63,184 bases of DNA, filler included, from Octopus bimaculoides (GCF_001194135.2; 5 parts of 5 records of this genome joined end to end with filler, not necessarily neighbours in it), one strand, 5' to 3'; positions 24,547 to 37,645 are shown, counted from the whole stretch's first letter. The notes: generated by a model from the sequence alone, not told the origin. A program made the numbers and translations.

Positions 24547-27196
24547 CCTGTCATTCTTTTATTTACTCATTTTTATTTATTTATTTGTGTGCTAGTGTCA
24601 TATTAAAAGCACCTGTGCTGGTGCCATGTAAAGAGCACTCGGTACACTCTGTAAAGTGGTTGGCATTAGGAAGAGCATCCAGCTATAGAAACTGTGCCAA
24701 AGCAGACACATGGAACCTGGTGCAGCTCTCCAGCCCTGCCAGCTCCTGTCAACCTGTCCAGCCCTTGCCATCATGGAATATGATGGTAATTGTGATGATG
24801 ATTTTAGATATTAAGGTTCTGCATTTGAAGATGTATTTTTGGCTACTATTTCTAGCAGGTTAGAAGGGCTGTCATTGCCACCACCACCTCTCCCTCATCT
24901 TGTTGGCACAACTGTGTGTGTGTGTGTGCATGAGAATCAGATTTAAGAAATATTTAACGACAGCAACAACAACAACATTGAAATAAAAAATACTGTGACC
25001 TTCCAACGTAAACCAGGGCAAATCCTGCTGTTTCTCCACCCTTAGACACACAAACACACAACAGGGATGCTCCCCACCCCTTCCTTTTTTTTTTTTTTTA
25101 CTTTCCAAAATTTGTTTAACATTGAAGTGAACCCCTAAGTCTCGAAATATTATCAACTGTTTGGCTCTTTACTTCCTTTATTTATATTTTCATTGCCACT
25201 GATCCTACAGGGCCTGTTTACATTTGCTATCCCAGAATCCCCTAGAGTGTGCCATTAAGTCAGAGTTATAAACATAGGGCTTTTTAATAGAGACCCCAAT
25301 CTGTCACTCTGGCTTCATTTCTCTTAAAAACAGATACATACGTCCGGGCTCTCCTTTGCATCTGTCTGTTTCACAGAAACTTGTGTCTCAAAACTATCTA
25401 TCTATATTATATATATCAATTAAAATGTATATATATTTGTCTGTCTCTTTCTGTCTGCATGTCTATCAGTATATCTGTCTGACTGTCTATTTCTATCTAT
25501 CTATCTGTATGTATACATGTATGTTGTATGTGTATATATCTATATNNNNNNNNNNNNNNNNNNNNNNNNNNNNNNNNNNNNNNNNNNNNNNNNNNNNNNN
25601 NNNNNNNNNNNNNNNNNNNNNNNNNNNNNNNNNNNNNNNNNNNNNNNNNNNNNNNNNNNNNNNNNNNNNNNNNNNNNNNNNNNNNNNNNNNNNNNNNNNN
25701 NNNNNNNNNNNNNNNNNNNNNNNNNNNNNNNNNNNNNNNNNNNNNNNNNNNNNNNNNNNNNNNNNNNNNNNNNNNNNNNNNNNNNNNNNNNNNNNNNNNN
25801 NNNNNNNNNNNNNNNNNNNNNNNNNNNNNNNNNNNNNNNNNNNNNNNNNNNNNNNNNNNNNNNNNNNNNNNNNNNNNNNNNNNNNNNNNNNNNNNNNNNN
25901 NNNNNNNNNNNNNNNNNNNNNNNNNNNNNNNNNNNNNNNNNNNNNNNNNNNNNNNNNNNNNNNNNNNNNNNNNNNNNNNNNNNNNNNNNNNNNNNNNNNN
26001 NNNNNNNNNNNNNNNNNNNNNNNNNNNNNNNNNNNNNNNNNNNNNNNNNNNNNNNNNNNNNNNNNNNNNNNNNNNNNNNNNNNNNNNNNNNNNNNNNNNN
26101 NNTGTCCAAAATTTGAAACCATTATTATTATTATTGTTGTTGCTGTTTCGGTATGCTGGACCAAATGCTTAGCAGCACTGAGTTCAAATTCTGCTATGGT
26201 CAACTATGCCTTTCATCCTTTTGGGGTTAATAAATTAATTAAAACAAAGCAGAAGTCTGGTAAGGAAATTGTTTACCAAAGAGACGATGATTGGAATCTC
26301 AACATCTTTGCTCATAGATTTACTCAATCAGGGGAGCTAACTGGAGCTAAACAACAACACGAACAACAATAAGCCGATCTATTTACAAGGTTTAGATAAA
26401 GGGAAATTAGTCTGAAGCATGTGACATTTGCCAATGGTGTCACACACCGATGAGGTTAAGATAATTTATAATGACTCTAAGAGAGACAGCATCAACAAGT
26501 TTGATGGTGAACACTAGACGCAGGTTGCAATGGCTGTCCAATTTAAAACTTTGCCGCCAGCATTGACAAAAAAAAAAACATGCAATATGGTAACCAGGAC
26601 AAACGATATGAAGTTATTTAACATTTTAATTAAAAGGGACAATATTGATTTTCTCACATACATGAGCTTTTAAATATTTCATCGAACTTTTATTTTTTAT
26701 TGGTTAATCTTTTACGGTTCTAATTTCTGCAATTCTCTGATGTTCTGGAAACTTTCCTGCTTTTCTCCACATTCCTGCCTCCCCCCTTTTGTCAGCTTCT
26801 CTTACTTACCTCATCATTTTCTTCTGTCTGCTTCAGTCACTGGACTACAGCCATGCTGGGGCATTGCCTTGGAACGCTTAGTCAAAGATATCAACTCCAC
26901 TACTTATTTTCACGTTACTCTATTGATATCTTTTAATTAATTGCTAAGCCATGGGGACATAAACAAACCAACAATAGCTATCAAGCAGTGAGTGGTTGGG
27001 TACAAACTCGCACACACACATGAATATATACATTAGTCACAGAATTCATTCAAATTCAGGTAGGACACCAGGACTGACTGGGTTCCATAATATTGAGTTC
27101 ACTGTGAGATGAAACAACCATGAGGTATCATATGTTGGTAGTATACTGTATGTATGTTTGTGTGTGTAGATACAAAATTCAATATAAACCATGTTT

Positions 27197-27287
27197 AAAA
27201 TTTTATCTGAAGATGGTGGTTTATATGCTATGATGTAATCAATGAATACATCAATAAGGTTCTGCCGAAACAGCTGTTGTAAACTTT
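27197..27287 (+). ncRNA. Type I hammerhead ribozyme motif with palindromic stem III
   Basis: Stem I AAAATTTTAT/GTAAACTTT, core CTGAAGA (27207-13), stem II GGTGG/CTGCC extended by TGATGTA/TACATCA, GAAA (27267-70), palindromic CAGCTG, triplet GUU (site after 27278). Confidence 0.7.
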
Positions 27288-28109
27288 AAACCCCATTTGT
27301 GTTCTTCTTAATGTATATATAATTGCATGTTGGTGGCACGTAAAAAGCATCCACTACACACTTGGATTAAGGGGTTAAGTTGGGATTTGAGGGAGATTTG
27401 ACTGCTATCCCTTTTGGTTGTTGTTGAGAGCTCTCTTGTTATTAATAAAAAGACAAAATACAGATTGAATCCATATAGCTTCCATATACCTCTTCTTTCT
27501 TCCTCACCATGGGGTTGGACATGTTTAAAAAGTTTAAAAATCATCTTCACCCTTTTGATGTCAATCCAACTAAGACCACCCCTGAGTCCTGATGCAAACT
27601 TCATGTTTTCAAGGGAGCTGAATTAAAATCTTCCATATGGTAAAGAAAGGGTTAAAATGGCAATTTTTTGGTTTTTTTCTTTTTACCTGTCTTTTAGAAC
27701 GAAAAAAGAATAAATAAAATCCTCCAGATATTTCTGACTAGCCAATGTTATTTGATACCTGTAAGTTTACTAAGTGTGCCATCATCATCATCATCATCAT
27801 CATCATCAGTGTATGTTCTTGTGATTCTACCTCAGAGTTTTGGTTGAAAACATTATTATTATGATTATGGCGTGCAATCTTTTAAGATTGTCTTATCATA
27901 ACAGCACCCATCAGAGACGACATACTTCTCCGCTCTCTATCTTCTATTCATAACAACAAAAATATCTCTGCGTAAATGTGTAAATAACATTCATATATAC
28001 ACACATATATATATATATATATACATATACATACACACACGCACACACTCACACATCATACACACACACACACACACATACATGTATACACACATTTTTA
28101 CATACGTTC

Positions 28110-28146
<37 letters not shown>

Positions 28147-28869
28147 TATAGATATGAACATACATGCACACATATATTTAGAGGAAATTCTCGCTCTCTC
28201 TTTCTTTCTTTTTCTCTCATCACTTTATATTTGTGTATATGTTTGTATGCTCACACAGATATAACCATACATATGTACATATTCACACACACACACACAT
28301 ACACATACAGATATGCACACACACACACACACATACATAAATTCAAATCTAGAGCCATGTCTAAAATGACACAAACTACAAGATTTTGTCTAAATTTAGT
28401 CTGCTATTCTCTCTCACCCCGCTTCTCAAAAAATGTAACTCACTATGAAATAAATATAACTTGGTATTTTGCTTACAGGGTCTTATCTTTGCTTATCATA
28501 AAATCTAAATGATGAACAAGCAGACACACACACACACACACACATACATCTACACACACTCATAGATGTACTTCTTTTTTCCTTTTCTCTCAGATAACAA
28601 TTTTTTTTGTTTCTAATATTGAAGAGTTCCTCAGATTTGTTGATGTGAGATTAAAAAAAAAAAATATGTAGGAACACTTATTTCCAAAAGATATCTTATT
28701 GAAGAATTCTATGAAACATCCAGTCTTTAAACTTATCATTTAATTATGATAATTATTCTGAAGCATTTTTCTTTTCTTTTTTTTTTTTGTACATTTTATA
28801 TTTTTTTATTTTGTGGCTGAGGTGTGTTGGTTGATTCATTGTTTCTTTACCTGAGCATTCAAGCCAACA

Positions 28870-29300
28870 ATTTACATCCTCCAACCCAAATGTATCAGAT
28901 TCTTAAGGGAAAGGGACAAGGTAGCAGCAGGGGACCCATTTTTTATCTGCATCCAGCCTCAGACTGGAAGATGTGGATCTGAAGGGTAGACTCATCTTCT
29001 CAGATGAGGCAGCAGTAACCATTGCTCTGCCCAGACATGTTTCTGCAATCCAGGATCACAAAAACATTCGTCATGGAACTCACTGTGCCCTGAGAGGACA
29101 GATCTGAACTTGTCTCACCAGCTGAAGAAGACCAAATATCAGAACTTGATTGATGAGGCTTTTGTCAAGGAATGGTACGCAGCCTCATTCCCTATCAAAG
29201 TTGGATGTTGTGACTTTTCCAGCCAGTTTGTTTTGCTGTTTTCCGTAGAAGATGGTCTGGAAGCAAGACAACTGCTTTGTAAATGGAAAAGGCTTATTTT
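28870..29300 (+). mobile_element. Hero-clade non-LTR retrotransposon restriction-like endonuclease fragment
   Basis: DWKM.., LCPDMFLQSRITKTFVMELTVP*ED, then after a frameshift KKTKYQNLIDEAFVKEWYAASFPIKVGCCDF, matching LRPD.VL.S...K...ELTVPWE...K.KY..L....GW....PIEVGCRGF of Hero RLE domains. Confidence 0.8.
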
Positions 29301-29469
29301 GGTGTCATTGGTTCCAGTTCTCCACACAGAAGAAGCTGTCCGTTTTCCAATAGTCTTGAAGTTTATTATCTCACTTGGAAACAAGAAGGGTGTCCAGCCA
29401 TAGAAAGCTCTGCCCCCAGTGTACTTTCGCCTGATACATGCAAGCATGGAAAAGTAGACATTCAAACAG

Positions 29470-29735
29470 TGATGATGATGGTGATGGTGGTGGTAGTAGT
29501 AGTGATGACGATGATGAGGATAATGATAGTGGAGATGATGATGTTAATGGTGGTGATTGTTGTGATGATGACAATGATAAAGATAATGATGGTGCTGGTG
29601 ATACTGATGATTACTGTGGTGATGACAATGATACAGCTGATGATGATGATGATGATGACAGTGATGGTGATGATGATGATGAGGATAATGATAGCAGAGA
29701 TGGTGATGATGATCATGACAGTGACAATGATGACA
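29470..29735. repeat. Degenerate (GAT/GAC/GGT)n trinucleotide repeat
   Basis: Directly visible; follows a family C SINE 3' end, so likely an expanded tail. Confidence 0.9.
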
Positions 29736-30503
29736 ACCACCCCACCCCACCCCTACTATTCTTCTAGAACACATATAGTGGTAGAAAAACCCAACTATTT
29801 TANNNNNNNNNNNNNNNNNNNNNNNNNNNNNNNNNNNNNNNNNNNNNNNNNNNNNNNNNNNNNNNNNNNNNNNNNNNNNNNNNNNNNNNNNNNNNNNNNN
29901 NNNNNNNNNNNNNNNNNNNNNNNNNNNNNNNNNNNNNNNNNNNNNNNNNNNNNNNNNNNNNNNNNNNNNNNNNNNNNNNNNNNNNNNNNNNNNNNNNNNN
30001 NNNNNNNNNNNNNNNNNNNNNNNNNNNNNNNNNNNNNNNNNNNNNNNNNNNNNNNNNNNNNNNNNNNNNNNNNNNNNNNNNNNNNNNNNNNNNNNNNNNN
30101 NNNNNNNNNNNNNNNNNNNNNNNNNNNNNNNNNNNNNNNNNNNNNNNNNNNNNNNNNNNGTGTATAATACACATGCATATAAATCCATACACTGAAGGAA
30201 AATGGTCATTAAACGACCTCAAAGTATGTTTCTTTCCTTCTCTCTCTCTTTCTCTTTCATATATACACACATATACATACACATACACACATATATAGAC
30301 ATATACACACACCCACACATACATATATACATATATCTACACATACACATTATGCACACACACTCACACATATACACACGCACACATATATACACACATA
30401 CCCACATACACACACACACACACACACAAGCAGATTCATTTGTTTAACAGCTGCTTTTTCATAATGTAGAAATGTGTATGTTTGTGTGTGTGTACATAAA
30501 AAT

Positions 30504-30614
30504 GTGTTAGTTTTTGTAAGGAAAAGGTTGACAGTAACTTCAAAGTTTCGGCTTATTATATTAAGTCGAAACTTCAAAGTCACTATCAACATTATTCCTT
30601 GTAAAAATTAATAT
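30504..30614 (-). other. Long imperfect hairpin (pre-miRNA-like or decayed foldback)
   Basis: Core arms 30527-30555 and 30562-30590 form a 29-bp stem with a 6-nt loop; flanks TTTTTGTAAGGAA/TTCCTTGTAAAAA extend it. Confidence 0.5.
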
Positions 30615-31239
30615 CTACTGTACTAATAAAAAACAAAGTGTTGAGAAATCCTTCAGTTTAATATTAAATCGCTTTTATATATTACTTGACATAAAAACAA
30701 ACATTAATAAATATATAAGTATGAAATATATAAATGTGTGTGTGTTTGTATGCAATAGGTTGAATTCTGAAAACCCAATTCAGAAACAGGCAACTAGAGA
30801 TGCACTCTCAGTATTGCAGTAATAGATGTGTCATTTCTCAACAGACAAGCAGGCAAAGCCATCAAAATGAATGGGTCATTTTTAAAATTAAATCATCACA
30901 CGATATGATGTAAGTGTAGTGTTTTCATTACACACGCACGAATATATCAATATATGTCTATGTATATATATACACATACGCATATATTTACATATATATA
31001 CGTATGTATGTATGTTTAGAGAGCGAGTAAGACTATGCTCAGTTTATTGGGTGTCTAGGATACGAGGGTCTCCTGATAATTAAACACATCATAGTTTAGT
31101 TCTTCCTTTCCAACCGATCTCCCCCCCACTCCTACTCTTTCCCCCCTTCCTTCCCCCCACCTCACGGATAGGAAAATGATTGATGTTAGGCGAAGCAACC
31201 ATCCATAAAACATTTGAACACAGACAAATAAATACATAA

Positions 31240-31273
<34 letters not shown>

Positions 31274-32434
31274 AAATGATCAACTCCTGTTACATCTAAT
31301 TAAGAGACTGGCTGTGTGTCTGTATTATGTATATCTATGTATCTTACTTTATCACGTTTTGCATATCTTTCATTCTTTCACCCCTCCCCTCTTTTCCATT
31401 TTGGCCATCTCTCTCTCTCTTTCTCTCTCTCTCTCTCCTCTCTTTCTCTCTCTCTCTCTCCCGTTGTCACTAGAACAAACCTACCAATGATTATGTGAGG
31501 AATTTACAATATAGATCTTAAAAGCAATTCAAAGAACTATGTCCAAAATTTCTTATTCTCTCTTTGTTATCTCAGCACATAGATCTTGAAGGAACACTAC
31601 AAAGCATTCTGTCCAGTATTCTAACAAACCCACCAATTCGCCACCTCTCTGTTAGCTCTGGTAGGGGTTCAATCTCAACTTGTAGTCAAGCCTACAAATT
31701 ATATAAATTAAATTATATATATTTATGGAAAAAAAATGTTTTTTTTTCCTTACGAGGTTTTTTCACGCTAACTACTTGATAAATTCTTATAAAGTATTTA
31801 TCCTAATATTATATTATATTATATTATATACACACAGGTGTAGACACACAGACAGGTTTTTTTTTTTTTAATTAGAGAGCACCACACACTCCAGATTTAG
31901 ATGATGTCTCAAACTTTGACACATTTTTTGTTATTTTGTTCTAAATCAATTTTATTTAACGAGCTTTCTGCAATCAGGGAGGATGGGAATCTTAGTTTTC
32001 TTGGTTTTGTTTCTTTTTTTCTCATTCCACTTTTTTCACCAACCTTTTTCACGTTTTTTCCATGTTTTTCCTTTTTTTTTTTTTTTCTGTCCAGTATCCT
32101 TGTTTTTAAAATAGACATAAAGCATAAACAGAGCCTGAAAGATTACTTTAAGATAATACATGGCATATTTTATAAATATACCTGTTCAAGTATCATAAAA
32201 GCATGAAACTATTAGTAGCTCTTTCGGATGTGTATTTACATTGATTGATAGATAGGTAGATAGATAGATAGATAGACAGACAGATAGATATAGATATCGG
32301 TTTCAACAATTTTTTTAAATTTTTCAATGGTAAATATAAAAAGAAAATTATAAAAATTTAAAAGAAAGTAAATGCACAGGAAAAAATTCCATAACAGTAA
32401 AACATGCTAATATATATGTGTCTGTGTGTGTATA

Positions 32435-32466
<32 letters not shown>

Positions 32467-33257
32467 CATACATGAAACAAATCTTGAGGTTATCTTTCAA
32501 ATTATGTTCATCAAATCTATAAAAGTTGGTTTATTTTTTAGGGGTTTTTGGTGGGGTTGCTATTCCTGTCTCAAAATCCATTGCCTCTAAACAAAAATAA
32601 ATATACATTAAAGAGGAAAAGAAACTTTCTCTATATATTATTTTTTAACAAAAAAAAAAGACAGAATCTAAATGCATTGGTAGACCAGCTGTCATAAGTA
32701 CTTTACTAAAATCTCTCTTCACCAAAGGCCCCCATATACAGGGGGCCATCATTAGGTTATGTGTCTTGCCCAATATTCTATAATTTCCTTCAACATGTTT
32801 GCATTAGTAATGGTTACATGATAACTGACACTTTAAGTACAAATTTTCCTCACCGACCCATTCACTGATTCCAATGCAAAAATGAAAGAAGAAAAGAAGA
32901 GAGTAAAAGTTACTTCTTGAAATGCTGAAAGTTTCTTTCCTTCACCCACAGAAAATGAAGAAAACCAATTAGCTCTAGAATTGGTAATTTCAACTGTAGA
33001 AAAAATTCCGAAATTAGGGTTATCATGTTCTAAAATCTAAGAGCATTCCTTATGTTTATATATATATATATATATGTGGGTATATATATATATACCTACA
33101 CATACACATTTATATGTAGTTGTATAGGTCTATGGTTCTGTGTGTTTGAGTGTAGGCATGTGCTTGTGTATGTATGCATATACACACAAACACACACATA
33201 TATGTATCATCATCACTTTGTGCCCATATTCCATGCTGGCCTGGGATTATCTAGGTA

Positions 33258-33295
<38 letters not shown>

Positions 33296-33794
33296 CACGC
33301 ACACATATATATGTACATATGTGTGTCTGTGTGAATATATATATANNNNNNNNNNTATATATATACACACATATAACCTCACCATCACTAATTGAAGTAT
33401 GTATGTGTGTGTGTGTGTGTGTATATATATCTATATATATATACACACATTTGTATAAATATACATACACACATATCCCCCCTCACCATCACTCTAATTG
33501 AAGTATGTATGTGTGTATATATATATATGTGTCTGTGTATCAATCCTTCCCCCTCTCCCCCTCTCCCTCAGTATCATGTTCAGAACCATATCCCTCTGAT
33601 ATATAACAGTCACTTTTATACCACATAATTGAATTATAAATGCTTTTATTAGATTCATTTCTTGGAATGGTTCCTCCAGCCTGAAACATGATCAATTCAA
33701 TTCTCAACACAAGTCACTGCCACATGGAACAACATTCGGATCAGTATTCTTGTGAATCCTTCAAATTATTGTCCATCAAACTATCCAACTTTTA

Positions 33795-34165
33795 TTCTTT
33801 TACTTGTTTGTCATTTGACTGCGGCCATGCTGGAGCACTGCCTTTAGTTGAACAAACTGACCCCAGGACTTATTCTTTGTAAGCCTAGTACTTATTCTAT
33901 CGGTCTCTTATGCCGAACTGCTAGGTTTCAGGGATGATGTAAACACACCAACAACAGTTGTCAAGCGTTGGTGAGCAGACAAACACACGCACACACACAC
34001 ACACACAATGGGTTTTTTTTAATTTCTGTCTACCAAATCCCACTCACAAGGCTTTGGTTAGCCCAAAGCTATAGTAGAAGACACTTACTCAAGGTGTCAT
34101 GTAGTGGGACTGAACCCGGAACCATACGGTTCAAAAGTAGGTTTCTTACCACACACCCACTCCTG
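33795..34165 (-). mobile_element. SINE family B, full length, diverged
   Basis: Same block order as 5380-5768 (TTTGACTGCGGCCATGCTGGAGCAC...GGACTGAACCCGGAACCAT...CACACACCCACTCC). Confidence 0.85.
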
Positions 34166-35374
34166 TGTGTGTGTGTATATATATATATATATACATACTT
34201 ACGTACATACATACACACAAATATATATACACACTCACACACACATATATATAGTATATGTGTGTCTGTGTATAGCTACCATCCATCTACCAGTTTCACT
34301 TGGACAGCATTGTTTGATCCAAGGTTATAGTATGTGCCATGTAGCAGGATAGTCTGAAATTATAGGGTTACAAAGCAAAGACCATATCTACACAGCCATG
34401 CCTCTGTGTGTGTGTGTGTGTGTGTGTGTGTTTCCAGCACACTTTCCATAATATTTAATTGATTAAATTGTCCATCTATCTATCCATCCATTCATATATC
34501 TGTCAGTCTATTTATCTACCTGTCTGCCTCTTTATCTATCTATCATTCTTTCCATCTTTCTCTTTATCACATTATGTATATCTCTATCTATTTGTCTAAC
34601 TATATATATATCTATCTTTCTATCTGGCTATCTCCTTAATTGACAGAAAATAGAGCAAGCACTTTTTCAGAAATGCTATACTATGCCAAGAATCTGTGAC
34701 AACAACAACAATGATAAAGGCGACATACATGTGTGTTTCAGTGTGTGTATATATGTATGTGTGTGTGTGTGTGTATGTATATTTATATATATATACATCT
34801 AGTGTAGTTGAACTGAAGACGGGTGTGAAATGCTATAGTTGTCAATGGAATAACTGAGGAAAAGGTCAATAGATGTTTGGATGGAATCACTTTGAAGTTA
34901 ATAGTTCCAAGACAAGCTTCTTAGCCTTTATTTTCCTGACTTTGCTCTTCTTTCGTTTTTATTTTTATTTTCTTAGTCTCTTGGCATAATGGTACATAAA
35001 TTGATCTCATTGAAGCGAAATGTCATCCTTGGACAACAAAAACAACTCGTCTTTTATGACATTCACGCAGCACAACAAACATGTTTATCAGTTTTCTAGG
35101 GAAGTGTAGAGAGGTAGTGGCTGTGTGGTTAAGGGGTTTGTTTCACAAGCACATGGTTTCAGGTTCAATACCACTATATCACATCTGGAGACAAGTGTTT
35201 TCTACTAAAGTCTTGAGATGATCAATATCTTTTGAGTGGAAACCGGTTGGCAGAATTTGTGTGAAAGTTCGTCTCTGTGACCTTTGACCTCCTTCCTTTG
35301 TCATTGTCTTTTTTTTTTTCTTAGGGTTTTTGATTTTTTTTTTTTTTCCATACTTTAAAAATGGTGGGAACAAG

Positions 35375-35797
35375 AAAATTTGTATCAGTCAAATACTGAG
35401 TTCCATTTAATTGATAAATCTATTCCCTCTAAAATTGCTGGCTTTGTGCCAAAATTTGAAGGTGTTATTTGCCTTTCATCCTTTCAGGGTTGATAAAATA
35501 AAGTACCAGTCTACTACTGGGGTTGATGCCATTGACTTAAGAAGTCACTGTGGTTGTGGGTTGTGCCAAAGTTATAAAAAATTATTATTATCTGGCAGCA
35601 GAATCATTAGCACATCGGACGAAATACTTAGCAGCATTTCATCTGTCTTTACATACTGAGTTCAAATTCCACCAAGGTTGACTTTGCCTTTTCTCTTTTC
35701 ACGGTTGATAAATTAAGTACCAGTTGAGAACTGGGGTCGATGTAATTGACTAGACCCCTCCCCCAAAATTTCAGGTTTTGTGTCTATATTAAAAAGG

Positions 35798-35850
<53 letters not shown>

Positions 35851-36075
35851 GGCAGTGAGCAGGCAGAATCGTTAGCATGCCAGGCAAAATGCTTAGTGGT
35901 ATTTCGTCCAATCTAAGTTCAAATTCAACCAAGGTTGACTTTGCCTTTCATACTTTCAGGGTTGATAAATTAAGTACCAGTGAAACACTGGGGTCAATGT
36001 AATCGACTAGTCCCCTCCCCCACTAAATTTCAGGCCTTGTGCCTTGAGTAGAAAGGATTATTATTATTATTATTA
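35375..36075 (+). mobile_element. Head-to-tail array of three family A SINE copies separated by (ATT)n
   Basis: Three repeats of GAGTTCAAATT..CAAGGTTGACTTTGCCTTT..GATAAA.TAAGTACCAG..CTGGGGT.GATG.AAT.GAC at about 35450-35560, 35590-35800 and 35850-36060, each ending in ATT repeats. Confidence 0.8.
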
Positions 36076-37280
36076 TAAAACTGATAAAGCCATTAAAAGG
36101 TCTTTAACTTTAAATTTCCACACCTGCTCTCAACGATGTTGACAGGTGACAACATGTATTACACGACAGCTCCTCTTTCTGCTGCTGTTTGCCATTATGC
36201 AGTTAATATGGTGAAAATACTGTGTTATATTCTCCATGATACAAGCAATGCATTTTTATCTTCCTTTCTGTTTTCAAGTCTGAGAAAGTCTGCGATTTTT
36301 CTGATATTAACCAGCGTCAGTGGTTTCCATTATATTTAGACTCTATCTGTTTGATTCCTTATCAATCTTCTTTTCTTTTTTTTTCATCTTTTCTCCCCCA
36401 TGGCTGTTATGGCTGTTATTAACAAAGTTGGTGCTGAGTTGAAAAGTCTTGAAGCAGTTCCTGAGAGTAAATAAATGAGAAGAGATCAGCCTTGGAAGAC
36501 CGAATTCTTGCATCAAACTCTTATTCTCTGACAGCTCTTGGCTTCTGCCCTTCCCCATCTCTCTCTCTCTCTCCCTCCCTCTGTATTCACTATTCGTCTC
36601 TTTTTCCTTTCTTCTCTCCCTTTCTCTTTCATCTCTCTCTCTCTCCCTCTTCCTCTCTCCCCCTCTCTCTCTCTCTCTGCCCTTTCAGTCTTTCTCTATT
36701 TGCATTCTCTGTTTTCACTGTCTCCTCTCTTTATCTCTTTTTTTCCTCACTGTGTTCTCTGTCTCTCTATCTTCCTCTACCTATATGTTCTTCTCTCTCT
36801 CTCTCTCTCACCCCACACACACATATACACCAGTTATCCTCTCAGACATTACAGCTGGCCTTATCATTAAACCTTTCTGTCTGGTGGCAATGCCGTAGCA
36901 GAAAAGACAAGGCCACCACCCAGTCTTGTTACAAGCTGAAAGGATTGACAAATCATCAAAGACACCTAACCCCGTCACTGAAGCATTTATTTTTGCTGAA
37001 AAATCAGGAAATGATTCAGTTTTCATTTACTTTATCCACACTGGAAGTCGCTAAAGATATGCCAAACCACATTCCTTGTGAGTTTAACTGCCTGAGGGAG
37101 CAAAATGTCTTTGGTACATTATCTTCCGTCTCGTTAATACAAGCATCACTGCTAATTACGAATGTTATCATAGTAATTAATCTGCATAAACATGGGGTCT
37201 TTTTAGATGTGTTTCAAGGATGAGTTAGGGTAAGGAGTTCGGGAAGCAGGGGTAGATTAGGGTTAGGTTGATCAGCTTAC

Positions 37281-37345
37281 CAAACTGGTAAACCCGCAAA
37301 ACATTGACTGTGATCTGCTCTCATCCTTAAGTCTTGGGACTTTGC
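37281..37345 (-). other. Candidate 65-nt internal exon of an unidentified transcript
   Basis: Minus strand ttttattttcacag|GCAAAG...CCAGTTTG|gtaagc. Open frames read AKSQDLRMRADHSQCFAGLPV or KVPRLKDESRSQSMFCGFTSL; neither recognised. Confidence 0.35.
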
Positions 37346-37613
37346 CTGTGAAAATAAAATTTTGGAAGCAATGATAAGTAATCAACTTGCAGGAGTTGTG
37401 TACATGCACACACACACATATGTGTGTGTGTGTGTTATATATGTGTATGTGTGTGTGTCTGTTCATGTATGTCACCCACTCTCGTCTTCTGAGAAAGGTT
37501 GAAAGAAATGAGGTGGTGATATGTATACACACACACACACACACGTGCACACCCAATACTGTATGTCTAAAAAGAAACTGAAAAATCATTAGTCTGTTCT
37601 CCATTTGTGTGTG

Positions 37614-37645
<32 letters not shown>

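Noticed and set aside
29438-29767. Poly-Asp acidic ORF
   Set aside because: Degenerate (GAT)n expansion continuing a family C SINE tail; no splice or domain support.
33370-33540. Two copies of CCTCACCATCACT(CT)AATTGAAGTATGTATGTGTGT about 105 bp apart
   Set aside because: Simple local tandem duplication within microsatellite DNA; only two units, not a CRISPR-like array.
34805-34845. CTGAAGA-CGGGTGT-GAAA
   Set aside because: No stem II or stem I complementarity; likely chance or a SINE remnant.
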